Made by a program: the position numbers and the translations under genes. A stretch of DNA of 63,957 bases, the filler included, from Octopus bimaculoides (Eukaryota): assembly GCF_001194135.2 (NCBI RefSeq). It is 10 parts of 7 records of this genome, joined end to end, with 100 filler letters (N's around TTAATTAATTAA, not from the genome) between each part and the next. Parts side by side here need not be neighbours in the genome. Positions count along the whole stretch, not along the records: positions 6,562 to 29,655 come from NC_068992.1; 9 more parts are not named here. One strand, given 5' to 3'. Positions 12,450-24,830 of the stretch are shown piece by piece (position 1 is the stretch's first letter; each line of letters opens with the position of its first letter). The notes below the pieces were generated by a model that saw only the letters and a list, made by a program, of their open reading frames with translations, was not told the DNA's origin and did no database searches.

Positions 12450-13589
12450 AACAACAAACAAGATGAGGACAAATATCTGTCAAATGTAAATAATGTAAAT
12501 AATGTACATAATTCCTCATCTCTTGAATATAGAACTGAATTTCTTTAAGGTACAGAACTTAGTCAAAAAGAAAGTAATTTCTCCAGACTTCAGCAACGCA
12601 TTCCACCTATATTTAAACTTTATGTCAAACGTTTCCATAGTAAGGCATGTTGTCCGGTTTCACGGGATATGTATCCCTTCAATTCAATAGATCAAGAGAC
12701 TGATTATGTTTTAAGGGGGAGTTTGATTGTTTTTATCTGGCAGAAACTGGGTGGAGGCGTTCACATTTGCTCTTTTTTCGTTTTTTGTTTTTTTTTTAAT
12801 TTTTAGTTCCAGGCAAACTTTGATGAAAAAGATCTATGGTCAAAAAGTATTTCGGTTATGACCATTCATCCATTTTAATGAGATCGTAAACCTAGTATTA
12901 TAACGCGCAATGTGTAGTTTTATTTTAAATAGTAGTTCGTGAACTGAAGAAGAATTAGCTTCTGTTTCTACCAAGTCAAATTACTAGATAGAAGCTCCTT
13001 CATTTCATGATAGAACGATATCGAAGGTGTTAATAATGATGAGAAGGAGGAATGTGGTACGTGCTTGTAATTTGCTGTTTAGATAAGCTTCCACACTTGC
13101 AAATAGCAGAATATGCACAGAAAGATAAAGGTTTTGTTTAGCATGAGAACATCTCGTTACACCGATGTAGGCAGACCAATTTATATTAATGTCATTTAGC
13201 ATCTCCGTAAACTAACGAAATGTGTGGTCTTTATGGAAATTTCATGCAATAAAGCACTATTTAAGCTTTAAAAGTAATTCTTATTTTGTTATCCATCTCT
13301 CCATTTTCATTTTATGGATCAATGTGCTTCTTTAGGAACACATTTTCTAATTCCCTTGTTCATATGTTATTTCACTGATCGATTTGAACAACAAAAACAA
13401 GTGTGATCAAATTAAATCCATTACTTCGATTTACACGTAAAAGAAATGATCTAGCAGGAGGACGAATACAATAGGGAAAGTTAAACAAAGGAATCCTGAC
13501 AATCAAAATAGAATGCGTGTTAATAAATTCGTGCCCTGGAAGTCTATAGGCAACATTGGGCTGGGTACGATGATACAGTTTCTCTTTCT

Positions 13590-13760
13590 CCAGCCTAGAT
13601 TAATGGCAAAATTTCAGATCATCTGTGTAAGCTAATAAAATATATATCAATGTTACTATAGTTAGTTGACAAATATAACAGTTTTGATTCTACTGTGAGG
13701 CATCCTCAACAAGGGACCTATAGCTATGATTGAAAGGATCACCCTCGTCCTAAACTGTCT
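13590..13760 (-). mobile_element. Decayed non-LTR RT core (may extend over about 13.4-14.6 kb)
   Basis: Minus strand gives a GDP-like segment, SIIAIGPLLRM (compare LFxIAxEPLLR) and LAYTDDLKF (YADD motif) in the correct order. Confidence 0.5.
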
Positions 13761-15230
13761 TATGCTGATCTACCCGAGGAGTATGTTAAGGTAAAACGTA
13801 CATGTTTGCGAAATCATTAGCGATTAGCACCTTATTTCAACCTGTATACAACTCACCTGAGCAAACAAATGAAATACTCGTAGAACTTAATAGGATCTCC
13901 AGTTCATTGCATTAGTTACCAGCAGAGCACCTTAATAAATACCTAGGATATTCCATTCTCATTCTTCAGCTTCTGCTTTCAGATTCCGTTATGATTAACT
14001 ATCTCCTTCATTTTTCTACAGATGATGTAAGCAACACTAGTAATATGTAATTGTTAATGTAATTGCCATAGCTTGTCCCTAGAAAGCATTTACATCAAAA
14101 GAAATCCATGTTAATATAGTGAATGGTTGTTATTTTTTCATTTAGCTTCACGTCAATTTTCATGGAACAGACCGAAAATCAAAGACATTCCAGCTCTGAT
14201 CATCCAGTTTTTTTTTATATCTATGTATATCAACGTAACAATTATTTTGGGTACGATTAAGTAGGCTTTGGGAAGGTGAGGCTGCTGCTTCTACCAAGTT
14301 GTGCTATGACATAGAATTATTGTTGTGAACTAGTGGACATTACACTCACATACTGACTAGACTCATTGACAACAATGTTTCATTATCATGGATGTATAAT
14401 ATTTTTGACTGGATTAAAACTCCAGCCATTGATACCTAATTTAGAACCCTATCAGCTCAAGCAGCTTCTACTATTATCATAAACTTCAACTAAAGTAACA
14501 ACAAGACCACAATACCCAGTCAAATATGTTAGGATATTCTGTTTAGACACAGGAGTTTGGTAGGTGATGAAGTGTATTGTTATTATGATTCTTTGTGTTA
14601 AGTTTACTTCTCAGATGAACAAATGTTCAATAAAAAAAATTATCTTTTGTTTGTCTGAAAAGAACCGCGTGATCTTCAGGGAATAATGAATACAAAGTAA
14701 GATTATCATTATACAATTTGCATATGTTTAAATATACTTCTTTAAAGAATATCTTTAAACTGTATTTTACTGTTTTAGAACAGTAGACTAAGTGCATTTT
14801 TTATAAGATTATATGTCGTTGCGCTTTTTCTATCACTTTTATTCTGTAAATTTACTGAAATGGATATAGTTTTGAAATATATTTCGATCATGAAATTCTA
14901 AAGATTGTTTGTTAAATCTTAGAATGAAATTAAGTTCTTTTCCTTCTTTTTATTTTTACACAAAAAGTGGGATACATATTGTTATGCGGTATACACATTG
15001 AGACCATCAATATTCTTAAAAGTTAATGTTTGTTTTCCTCGCTTTCGCTACTTCCACGTGGAGATCCAAATTTCCCCTACTTTGAATGCAACAACTGTGC
15101 TAACTACGAAATATTCGAGGCCTTTTACAGTCATTCGCATAACAAAGGAAAATGTCAATTTACCGCAAAGCGACGTAGTATTAGCAATGCAACTTTGTGT
15201 ACTGGAAAGGTGACATTCACACTGTTATTG

Positions 15231-16488
15231 TATTAGATTGTTCCGAAAATACTGACCGGATTCAGAAACAATTTTATTCTGGAAAAATTAACAATAGAAA
15301 TGTTTTGATTAATTAAAGTATGAGCCGAGAACATCTATGCACCTCTGCCATTGATCAACGAGACTATTTATGCATCGTTGATTAAACTTAATGACTTTGA
15401 TGCTAAGAAATGTTTGAAAGCTGATTCCACCTCTGGTTTGGACCTGAAAGTTTTATCGCTTAAAAACCTGTTTAAATGCTTTTAAAAATTGTGGTCAGTG
15501 GGTGAAAGATCTGGATAATATGAAGGATGCGTTAAAGTCTCGTATCCCAAGTTTGTGAGTTTCTGCAGTGACATGTGACTTTGCATTATCGTGGGGCAGA
15601 TTTGAGCTACGCCGATTCACCAATGCAGGTCTCATTTTTTGCAAGTGAGCATGCATTTCAGCGAGTTGATTGCAGTAAACCTCTGCTGTAATGCTCTGAT
15701 TGGTTTCCAGAAAGCTGTAAATGACAACACCAATTGCAGACACCAAAATCTTTTGCTGATGCAACTTTGGCTTTGGGAAATGTTTGGGGGACTCGTCACA
15801 ATCAAGCCATTGACGTTCTCATTTACAGTTATCATAAAGGATCCACTTTTTGTAACAAGTGACTATTCGCCAAGAAAATGATCATTGGTGTTTCGCAGAA
15901 AGAGCATCGAGCACACTACAAAACACCGAACTTTTTGATTTTCACTGAGTTCATGCGGTGCCCATTTATCGAGCTTTTTCACTTTACCAATTTCTGTAGA
16001 TTGTGTGAAACAGTTGCAATTCCGAAACCAAATGAATGGGACATTTCTCTGACGCTTTGACGTGGGTTTTGTTCTACAATTGCTTTCAATTGTTCATTGT
16101 CAAGACTTGCATGACCCTTTTCTACCTTCTTCATCTCCAAGGCTCTCATCACCATTACGGAATTTCTGAAACCACCTTCCAACTGCACAATCAATTGTGG
16201 ACCCCTCTCCCCATGCCCTGTTGATATTGGCAGCGGTTCGGGAGCCATTGTGACCAAGCTTGAGTTCATGCAAGAAAAGTAAGCAAAAGTCATTTTATGT
16301 CATGTTCATAATTAAGGGCGCCGATGTTTCAAGAATGTTTCCTGTTTGAAATAAGTAGAAGATTATTAAAGCGCATACATCAATTATTAAGTTTGTCGAA
16401 ATTCACCTAAAATATAAAAATACTATGATATAATTGCGTTTCAAAACACAACACCTGGGGCGGCCATTACTTTCAGAACAACCTAATA
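15231..16488 (-). mobile_element. Full-length (1258 bp) dead mariner transposon with TIRs and TA target duplication
   Basis: The left end TATTAGATTGTTCCGAAAATACTGACC and the right end (reverse complement) TATTAGGTTGTTCTGAAAGTAATGGCC form the TIRs. Transposase motifs are LDNEQLKAIVEQNPRQSVRE, KWAPHEL, HDNA and YPDLSPTDH. Many frameshifts. Confidence 0.92.
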
Positions 16489-17860
16489 GTTAGCTAAACT
16501 TGAGCGAGTATAAGTGTCTGAGTTTCATTGTTGAAAGAAATTCTTGCTAAAAGTTTAGTTCGGTTAATGACGAGAAATGAAACCTCTTTTGTAGATGATC
16601 TTGTTTGTTTCTATTACAACACTGTTGGAACGGTCGCTAACTCTGTAAACTATGTCACAGTTATGCAATTCTTCTCAAGATATTGTTCAGATACTTTATA
16701 TTTCACTAAACGTTATGTTTCATTTAAAACGTGACATGAGCATTGAGTAATTAACTGTTCCTTGAGACCTTTCGAAGCTACATATAACAGTAAAATCTTG
16801 TCTGCTTCTGACTGCCAGCATCTGCGTGTTGCTGTTTATATTGTACAAGCAACTGTTATCCGCGTTACCTCTGTTTTTTTTTAACTCTTTTATAAATAAT
16901 ACCGTTTTGTTTTTTAACAAACACGTTAGGGCCGAACATGTTAAAGTGATCTTTTTAAAACGTAGTTAAAACGGAAATACCAAGTGGAAAGACGGAAGGA
17001 CGTTACTCTCTAAGCATAGACTTGAATGGACTGTTTACAGGAGTGTGCTTCGCCAATATAAGATATTGTTCAGATAATGGATATAAAGCTACATAGGTTC
17101 CCAGTAGTTGTCTAAAACTGGGGAGCGGTTTAGGTATACTAATCAAAAACATGAGAGGTGTATCCAACAGATTTTCACAGACTACGGCAGCGAATTATGT
17201 TTATCTCATCGCCCCACCACAACCACCACCACCACCACCACCTCCACCACCACCCAGTTCAGGATTACTTCGTGAGATGTGTAGCTATTAAAAAGCTTCG
17301 TAAATCTCCACATTAGCTCTACTAAAAATATTATAAACTCCTTTAGTATTTGTAGCATTATAAAACCATAATATTTTAGTGGGAATAAAACAAAGTGAAA
17401 TAAAGTGTTTAGTTCTCTTTCATCAAAGATAAATTATACAGTGTGATGAAAATTTTCTGAAAGTAAATAATTAATAATTCAATTAATTATACGATAATAT
17501 AAATAATTAAATCTCATTAAATTAGTGTACTAATGATTTCTTTTAATGTAATAATAAAATATAAATTGCCGTTTGTATGCCATACTTGTTCGATGCAAAT
17601 GAAACTTGGGAAAATAAGTGTAGTCATAACCATGTTCTATAGACGTTCGCTTTGCATCACACTGGGTGGCATCTAGGGCCTTCGAATACGTTGAGTGAAA
17701 AAGTCGGAATCTACTAGGAAGGCGAGTATCGTGTATATGTTTGCGGGTGTGTGTATGTGCCTATGTATGCATGTATATATGTATGTATGTATGTATGTAT
17801 ATGTACGTTTGAGAGACAAAGAGAGAGAGAGAGAGAGTATGTGTGTGTGTGTGGGTGTGT

Positions 17861-17900
<40 letters not shown>

Positions 17901-18139
17901 TAAGAACATTACCATTCCACATAGTACCGTACATCGAATCGTGCTTCACTGGTTCCAATAGTAGGGTTGCTTTTCTATGATAAGAGTCTGCTAGTCGTTC
18001 GTTCACCCTTACTCAAATTCGAAGCCTTCAGTGCTGTCACCTACCACGCTTCTCAAAGTGCAATATAATATTTAGAAAGAGAAACAGAAACAGAAGACGA
18101 AAGTATTTACTTCCGTTTCTTCTCCAATAATTTATATAT

Positions 18140-18245
18140 CGGTCTTGAAAGAATTAAAGGTAAATTTGACCTTAGCTGGCTTTCAACTACAATCGCCAGA
18201 GAACGCGAACAAATGCCACAAGGCATCCGATGTTCTAACGAATTT
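18140..18245 (-). mobile_element. Highly degraded SINE family C copy
   Basis: GAAAGAATTAAAGGTAAATTTGACCTT...GGCATCCGATGTTCTAACG aligns loosely to the reverse complement of family C. Confidence 0.45.
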
Positions 18246-19067
18246 AACATAAAGTGCGAACTGCATTGGGTAATTAAGCGAGAAGTTATAACGTAATGCC
18301 TGACATAATAAATTCTTAATTTCTTGAAGTTTCTCTTTGATACTTTGAGATGAAATAGCTTAAAGGCAATTGTTCTCGACTCTAAAATAGAGAAACAGAT
18401 TTCAAGAAATTTAGAGTAACTTCTTGCTTGGTTTAGGCTAGGGAAGAAATTAGAGTCTAATCTTCTGAATCAAGAGACAGCTAAGGATATAATATTTCAG
18501 GCAATTATGGCAAAGAACTGTTATAGGCTTTCAGTATAGCAAAATCGTAACTTGGCATCTAGATCAGCATTTTTGAATGTTTGCACATGTAAAACAAGTT
18601 TATTCAAGCCTTGGCCGAAGGTAATTTGAATAATTAGAATTAAAGTTAGTTGAGAAAAATAACTCGATAGTATGAATTTGAATAATAAAGTAATAGGTGT
18701 ATCGGATACAAGGTGTATCATGCTGCAGTGGTACCTGTCAATAGATCTTATTAATGGAGAGTATCTAGCAACGGCCACTAGTCCAGTGAGGCTTCACTTC
18801 ATGATAATATTATCATCTTTGCTAAGTTTACGGGAGGTATATATTGGTATAACTTTTCTGTGGACTACAGAGTGATAATCTACCAATTTATGGCTGACGT
18901 AAGCTAGTCCTGCACTGCTTGATTTATACGGTAGTTTATCAGGACGTGAATGATTTTATATATGTTTGAATGTAGGTATACGAACACATACACATATTTC
19001 TATATAGATACATAGATATGCATATGCGCAGTCATATATATAGTTATATACATATATACTTATATAT

Positions 19068-19148
<81 letters not shown>

Positions 19149-21591
19149 GTTTATGTTCTCCCTTAGAAATCAAGAAGTGAAGGACAACCTTACACCAGCA
19201 ATTACTTGGCAAGAGAATCACTATACATACTACAGAAAGGTTATACAAGGGCGTTAAACACACACGAACGCACGCACATATATCTTATATGTATATACAC
19301 ATAAGATATACGTGCGTGCGTTCGTGTGTGTTTAACTAGGAAAGGAAAAGGATCGCAATCTAAAGTCGTTTTACAGGTAAAAGTAGTTTTACCTGTACAC
19401 TTTTTACCATTATAAGTGGAGCATCTTTTAAAGCATTTCATATATAATAAACTACAGAATTTGGTTAATTGAAGGAAGATTTACGCAGAAAAGTGGATGA
19501 GTGTTCAAATACACAACGTTGTAGATAAGTCAAACGAAATATTAAACTATATATATAACATAAATTTATAAACTATAAGACATAAAAATGTAAGAATATT
19601 TCTGAAAATAAACATTACTTGGAAACAATTTAAAATATATCATTATGTTTTAATTAAAATACGTAAACTCACAAATGTCAATTTGTGTAACATATTCTTC
19701 AACTGAAATATTCAACGTCTTAGACAATTCTAAAGAATTCGGCCATAGATATAAAATTAATATTAAAATTCCATATTAAAAATTTTAAGTTTATTAAAGG
19801 GTTATGAGCAGTAGAATTATTAGTATTTGTGAGAAGGGAATACTTCTGCATAACAAAATGTTTCCTGGTTTTCAGTAGTGTTACTTACAAATTGAAACCG
19901 CTTCCACATCTTTCAGCAAGTTTTATATTTCGTCATATATGGTATACAGGTTAGAATTTCTAAGTGCTCGAAAACAGGCATACATCTGCAAGCCATTTCA
20001 GGAATGTGGTTAAGAAAAGGCCATGTAAACAATATTTCATATCCTCCAAATTAAGATAGAACTATTGCAATGGGACACATGTACGGCACTATAAATTTAT
20101 TTCTAATTAAGTTCATTATATATTTTTATATTCTTAAAGTCCTATTCCATATTTTTTTAAAAAAGGGGAAAAATGTTTCAGATAGTTTTGAAATGTGTGG
20201 GTATGCTGTTTGTAAAGAAATTGCATTTTACCTAGTAGAGGATTTTGATAATTTATGCATGAACAGTTCCTTTACATGTACATCAACGGCTGAAATAACA
20301 TTTATTCGGAAATGTACAAAAAAGAATGAAAATAAAATTTGACAGGGGTAAAGAAACCATCTAATTTACTTAGGTTGCCGTTCGAGAGAGTCTATGCAAA
20401 ATCAGACACACTGAAATAGGGAACAAATCTAATTACCAGGAAGTTCCGGCGAGTCAAAGAGATGATGCAATTGTCTACAGAATGATTAAGGCATAGCCCA
20501 CTAGTATTCGCTCGTGAAACAAGTGTAAATGTAATGTTATTTATGCTATAATAAAAATATAAACTGACGTTCTTGTTTTAATCTGGGTTTGCCTATACAC
20601 TCTTTATTTATTCATATATATATATATATACATATATAATAGCAAACGGAAATAAACGAGCAAATTGTTAATATCCGATTGAAAATTGGATGTACATGGA
20701 TGTACATGGTATTGTAAGCATTGGTTAACCGTTATGCTGCCTACACATGTATGTTGCCTACATATGTATGTATGTATGTGTGTATGCATGCATGCATGCA
20801 AGCATGTATGTATATACATATGCATGCATGTATATGTATATTGTACAATATACTTCATTGAAGCTAGCTTCAGGGCAAAAGATTAGTAATACTGGCCCTT
20901 TAAGTATCATATATTCAAATGCATTTTTCGAATAAATGTATTGTGATGTGTGGCTTAATGGTTCTTTTAACGATTACTACTAAAACATTAATGATTAAAA
21001 CAGAACAAATTTCGAGCTAAGTAGTAAATATTCAATTCCTAAAAAATCTATATATTTCTGTACGTTTGCCTCCAGAGTAAAGGTAGCGATGTTGCTGATG
21101 ATAGTCATTATGTGAACGAGGATGAGAATTAATGGTGATGGTGCTCTGGTTGTGGTGATGCAAGAACTGACGGTGAAAATCATTCTTCTCTTTTGAATGA
21201 ATTTTATTGCTGCAACAATTATATTTTCTATTAGTAGCAATTCATCATGTACATGCATTCATACATATATACATATATGCACAGATGAAGGCGTACATAT
21301 ACTTAAATATACGTCTGTTTGTGTACATATGAGTGTATATATATTTATAAATGTATATGTATGTATGTACATATGTATGTATGTGTTTGTGTATAAACGT
21401 ATATTATTTGTACATGTACGTATGCATGCGCGTATACTTAACTCTTTTACCAGTTTAATAAAATTGACTGAATTCTTAACTGTAAGCTTGCTGTAACGCC
21501 TGGCTACGGGCACACCACAGTCTATGTGTCGGTGCGTGTCGCCCTGGCTCTGTTTGTATGTACGGTTGTATGTGGGTGGATGTAAATAGAA

Positions 21592-21655
<64 letters not shown>

Positions 21656-22046
21656 TCAGGCAGACAGACAGGAAGACAGATAGACAGACAGACAATGTTT
21701 CAAAAGTGGGATGCAAAATTTAGGTTGTATGTCTAGGGTGAGTTGAACAGAAGTTTATCTTCAGAGAAGATACCACTCCTTATATATTTCGGTCCTAAAC
21801 TCTATGTATGGTGGAGCGGGCCGCATCCAGAGGGCTACCCCTCTGTTAGCAAAATGTGTATTGCTATCAACATTGCAACCTCTACTTTCTTGGGTCATGA
21901 AGGTTCACCAGAAACGAGATACCTTAGATCTTGTAAGCAAACTTCGACCTTAGACACCAGTGAAATTTACGATAAATTATACCTTCTAAGACTCACTTTC
22001 ACACCTCCTTGATGTGAGAACCAGGTCAAGAATATGTAGATATAAA

Positions 22047-22153
22047 TAGGAGCGGTACTGAAAAGTTCTTGGCTTTGGGTAAAATAAATGGGCCTCCAAC
22101 TAGGCCTTTCGAGATACCCTTTAAGCCAGAAACTTTTCAGCATCCGCCTCATA
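22047..22153. mobile_element. Very short mariner-type MITE
   Basis: Imperfect TIRs of about 30 bp (TAGGAGCGGTACTGAAAAGTTCTTGGCTT and AAGCCAGAAACTTTTCAGCATCCGCCTCATA) with TA ends. Confidence 0.7.
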
Positions 22154-22171
22154 CATTGTGCCTCAAATTCT

Positions 22172-22448
22172 TCATATCAGTGAGTGTTGATCATAGCGTA
22201 AATCCTCTTTCCTCAATTTACACTTATATTCCCTTGTCTTCCTACGAAGAACGTCGTCTTCAGTTACTTCCGTTGTAATGTGTTGATAACCAGGACCATC
22301 TCCATAAACTTGAAAGCATTCCTGAAAACTATCAACATTTGCATATAGCAAGAGAGAAATATGCTCCTCGTTTAACTTGAAAACCATGAAGCAGTGTTGA
22401 TACCCCTGGAAAACCATGATCGAAGTTAGTTTCAACATCATTGTAAAC
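22172..22448 (-). CDS. Unverified candidate terminal exon (about 91 codons, phase 1)
   Basis: Canonical acceptor TTTTATCACAG|G at 22449/22448, then an open frame to TGA at 22172. It is not low-complexity. No family or partner exons were recognised. Confidence 0.2.
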
Positions 22449-22578
22449 CTGTGATAAAATAAATACTTTCATATCTAATAAGTATATGTTTTAAATTTTC
22501 CAAATGGCACATCGTATGACGAGACGAGTTTGGAATATTTAACGCAGGTTTTTTTTTCTTTCATTTTACGATGCTGTG

Positions 22579-22610
<32 letters not shown>

Positions 22611-22949
22611 NNNNNNNNNNCGCACGAACAATTATATAAGTCTTTCAATTAATTATCAAACACTTACGTTGTACTTCTTGTTTCCTTTATTTCACTATGT
22701 TATGTGATTGCTTTTTCTTGCTTCTGTTTTACACCTCTTTTTCGTCATATTGCTTTATGGAACAATTCTCCCGCTCTCTCTCTCTCTTTCTCTCTCCCTC
22801 CCTCTTTCAAAAGCAACTTTCTATTAAATTCAAAATCCTTTAAATAGATGTATATTAGTTACAGGTAATTGCTTATAAATTATCAGCGTATTTTTATAAA
22901 ATAGGACTTGTGATTTCACAATATAGTTTTAGTACTAGGAAAATGAAAT

Positions 22950-24410
22950 TAAAATTTAAAATATGCTTATTTTAATGACATTTTTTTCTTAGTTCGATCA
23001 TACAGTTGCTTAATTTTCTCTTCCTTTCTGTTTGTCTGTTTCTCTTGCTCATTTTTACATAACTCATGTTCACAACAAGATTTAGCATATACTAATTGAC
23101 AGAATTTAGGTGAAATTTTGCAAGAATTTTAAAAGAGCCAAAATTTTCGGTAATGTAATTCTCAGAATTTAACAATCTAAAATATAATTTGGTGGATACT
23201 CTATGAATTGCATTATTCTCTCTGAATCACCTAGACAGAAATTGTTCAGTCAACGACCTGAAATTTTGTTCAGGAATTTTATAGTTGAATTTTTCAAACA
23301 ATCTCATTGCTATTTTGTTGTACTAGGAACATTTGATTTTAATTTGAATTGAAATAAAGTGAGTTTATTCACAAACTTTTCATCAAGTGAAACATTTAAT
23401 CTTCCAAACCTTGAACATTAATTTAAATACAAAGGTTACCCTGAAATGAAAGCGATAAATGTACTGTGTGAAGCAAAATCATTTAGCTGGCTAAAATTGA
23501 GGCCCCTACATTTTCGTTTCCAAAACTAGTTTGATTTTACTCAAACATTTTAACAAAGCTTTGAAGTATTTAGCACGACAGAATCATTGTACTCTTCTAA
23601 ATTGGTATTGACTTATTTGCTTTGAAATAAAAGTAAATTTCATTCACGTTTATGTAAAGACGAGCTTCTATTAAGTTATCTATCTTTGTCACAATACTCA
23701 ACATCTCCTCGAAATCTGCAAGGCATACCTTTGTACACAGTAGTTCATGGTGAACGATGTAAAGGAGAGACATAAGGAAATGACCAGCATCTTCCTTACA
23801 TTGTTTATAAAAATCAATATTTCGACCAACCATATAACAGGCACCAACTCCCATGCAGGAGACTTGTTGACGAATGTATTTGATTTTCACAAAACATTTT
23901 AACATCACAGACGATAATATCATTTCCTATGAAGTTTCGAGGCAACTTTCATAACTAAATTAAATCGGTATCAACAGAATCGCCAGAAAATATCAGTCAA
24001 TAATTGCTAATCAATCTTATGTCATAGTTTCAAAAACTTCAACAAATCAAATAGAAAGTAGTCGCAAACGCTTAAGTGTTCTTGAATTTCGTTCTGTTTT
24101 GGCATTAATTTTAATAACTCTTGTCTTTGAGCAGTATTTCAACTTACTACTAACAATATCCACACACTTAATATGAATCATAAAATATAAATGATGCGCT
24201 TTTAGTAAAAGCTCATCTCATAATCTCAAAAATACCTAGTGGCTTTTTCATTGATTGGAGGTTTCACTTCGAGGTCTTCAGCAATCTCTTTTGGAGTCGT
24301 TAGCGCCTAGTGAAAAACGAGGTTTGTCTTTTTGCAAATTCATATTACATTTACCTTTTCAGGAATATACAAGAAATACACAAAGAGCTTAATAACATAT
24401 ATTAACAACT
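22950..24410 (-). mobile_element. Decayed hAT transposase (SPIN/GTF2IRD2-like); boundaries approximate
   Basis: ORF 23597..23923 contains GACYMVGRN..F.KQCKEDAG...IVHHELLCTKV..DFEEMLSIVTKI.NLI.AR, matching the DGAPAMVGR...CIIHQEALC...IVNLIRAR pattern. Confidence 0.7.
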
Positions 24411-24723
24411 AACGTCAATTGTGTTCAACAATCCTGAAAATTTTGTGAACTTTTGACATTAGACCATACGTGCCAAATGGCAGATATATTTGAAAATGTG
24501 TCTGTTGGTTTATACTGTATATAATGTATACGATAATGAATATAGCATAGGCTGCCTGTCTCATGCTGTATATGTTAAAAAATGCGAATAAATTGTGTTG
24601 TAAGTAAAGATTTTAAACAAGATCCCATGTTTGATTCCAGTGTGCGATATTTCTGTTAAGATGGATGACCCAATGTTTGCTAAGGAAATTGTGTTAGTAC
24701 AAACTATTATATTGCCTGCTCTT

Positions 24724-24788
<65 letters not shown>

Positions 24789-24798
24789 NNNNNNNNNN

Positions 24799-24830
<32 letters not shown>

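Larger units (their letters stand above)
11146..12535 (-). mobile_element. Penelope-like element: 5'-truncated RT thumb plus GIY-YIG endonuclease, direct 3' pLTR and inverted 5' pLTR
   Basis: Translation gives LDHVNPIKPSIQFTMEKEKDNQLAFLDVLI...VYRKPTFTG/YLNFNSHHP*SVKRG and YVKGLSEKI...CAYSIPCSCGRLYKGETCRPFKIRCDEH (GIY-YIG). There are several stops and a frameshift. Inverted repeat arms lie at about 11146-11370 and 12286-12510. Confidence 0.93.
10140..12700 (+). mobile_element. Decayed CR1/Jockey-like LINE, split by the Penelope insertion (LINE parts about 10140-11140 and 12540-12700)
   Basis: DIANYRLISTSSSIAR at about 11064-11110 corresponds to NYRPISLTS. VISPDFSNAFH at about 12574-12606 corresponds to VIYLDFSKAFD. 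The motifs are in the correct order across the PLE. The left boundary is uncertain. Confidence 0.55.

Noticed and set aside
15030-15236. Cys-containing ORF (FECNNCANY...KCQF...LC) as a host exon
   Set aside because: Weak splice sites, no recognisable family, and the opposite strand is similarly open.
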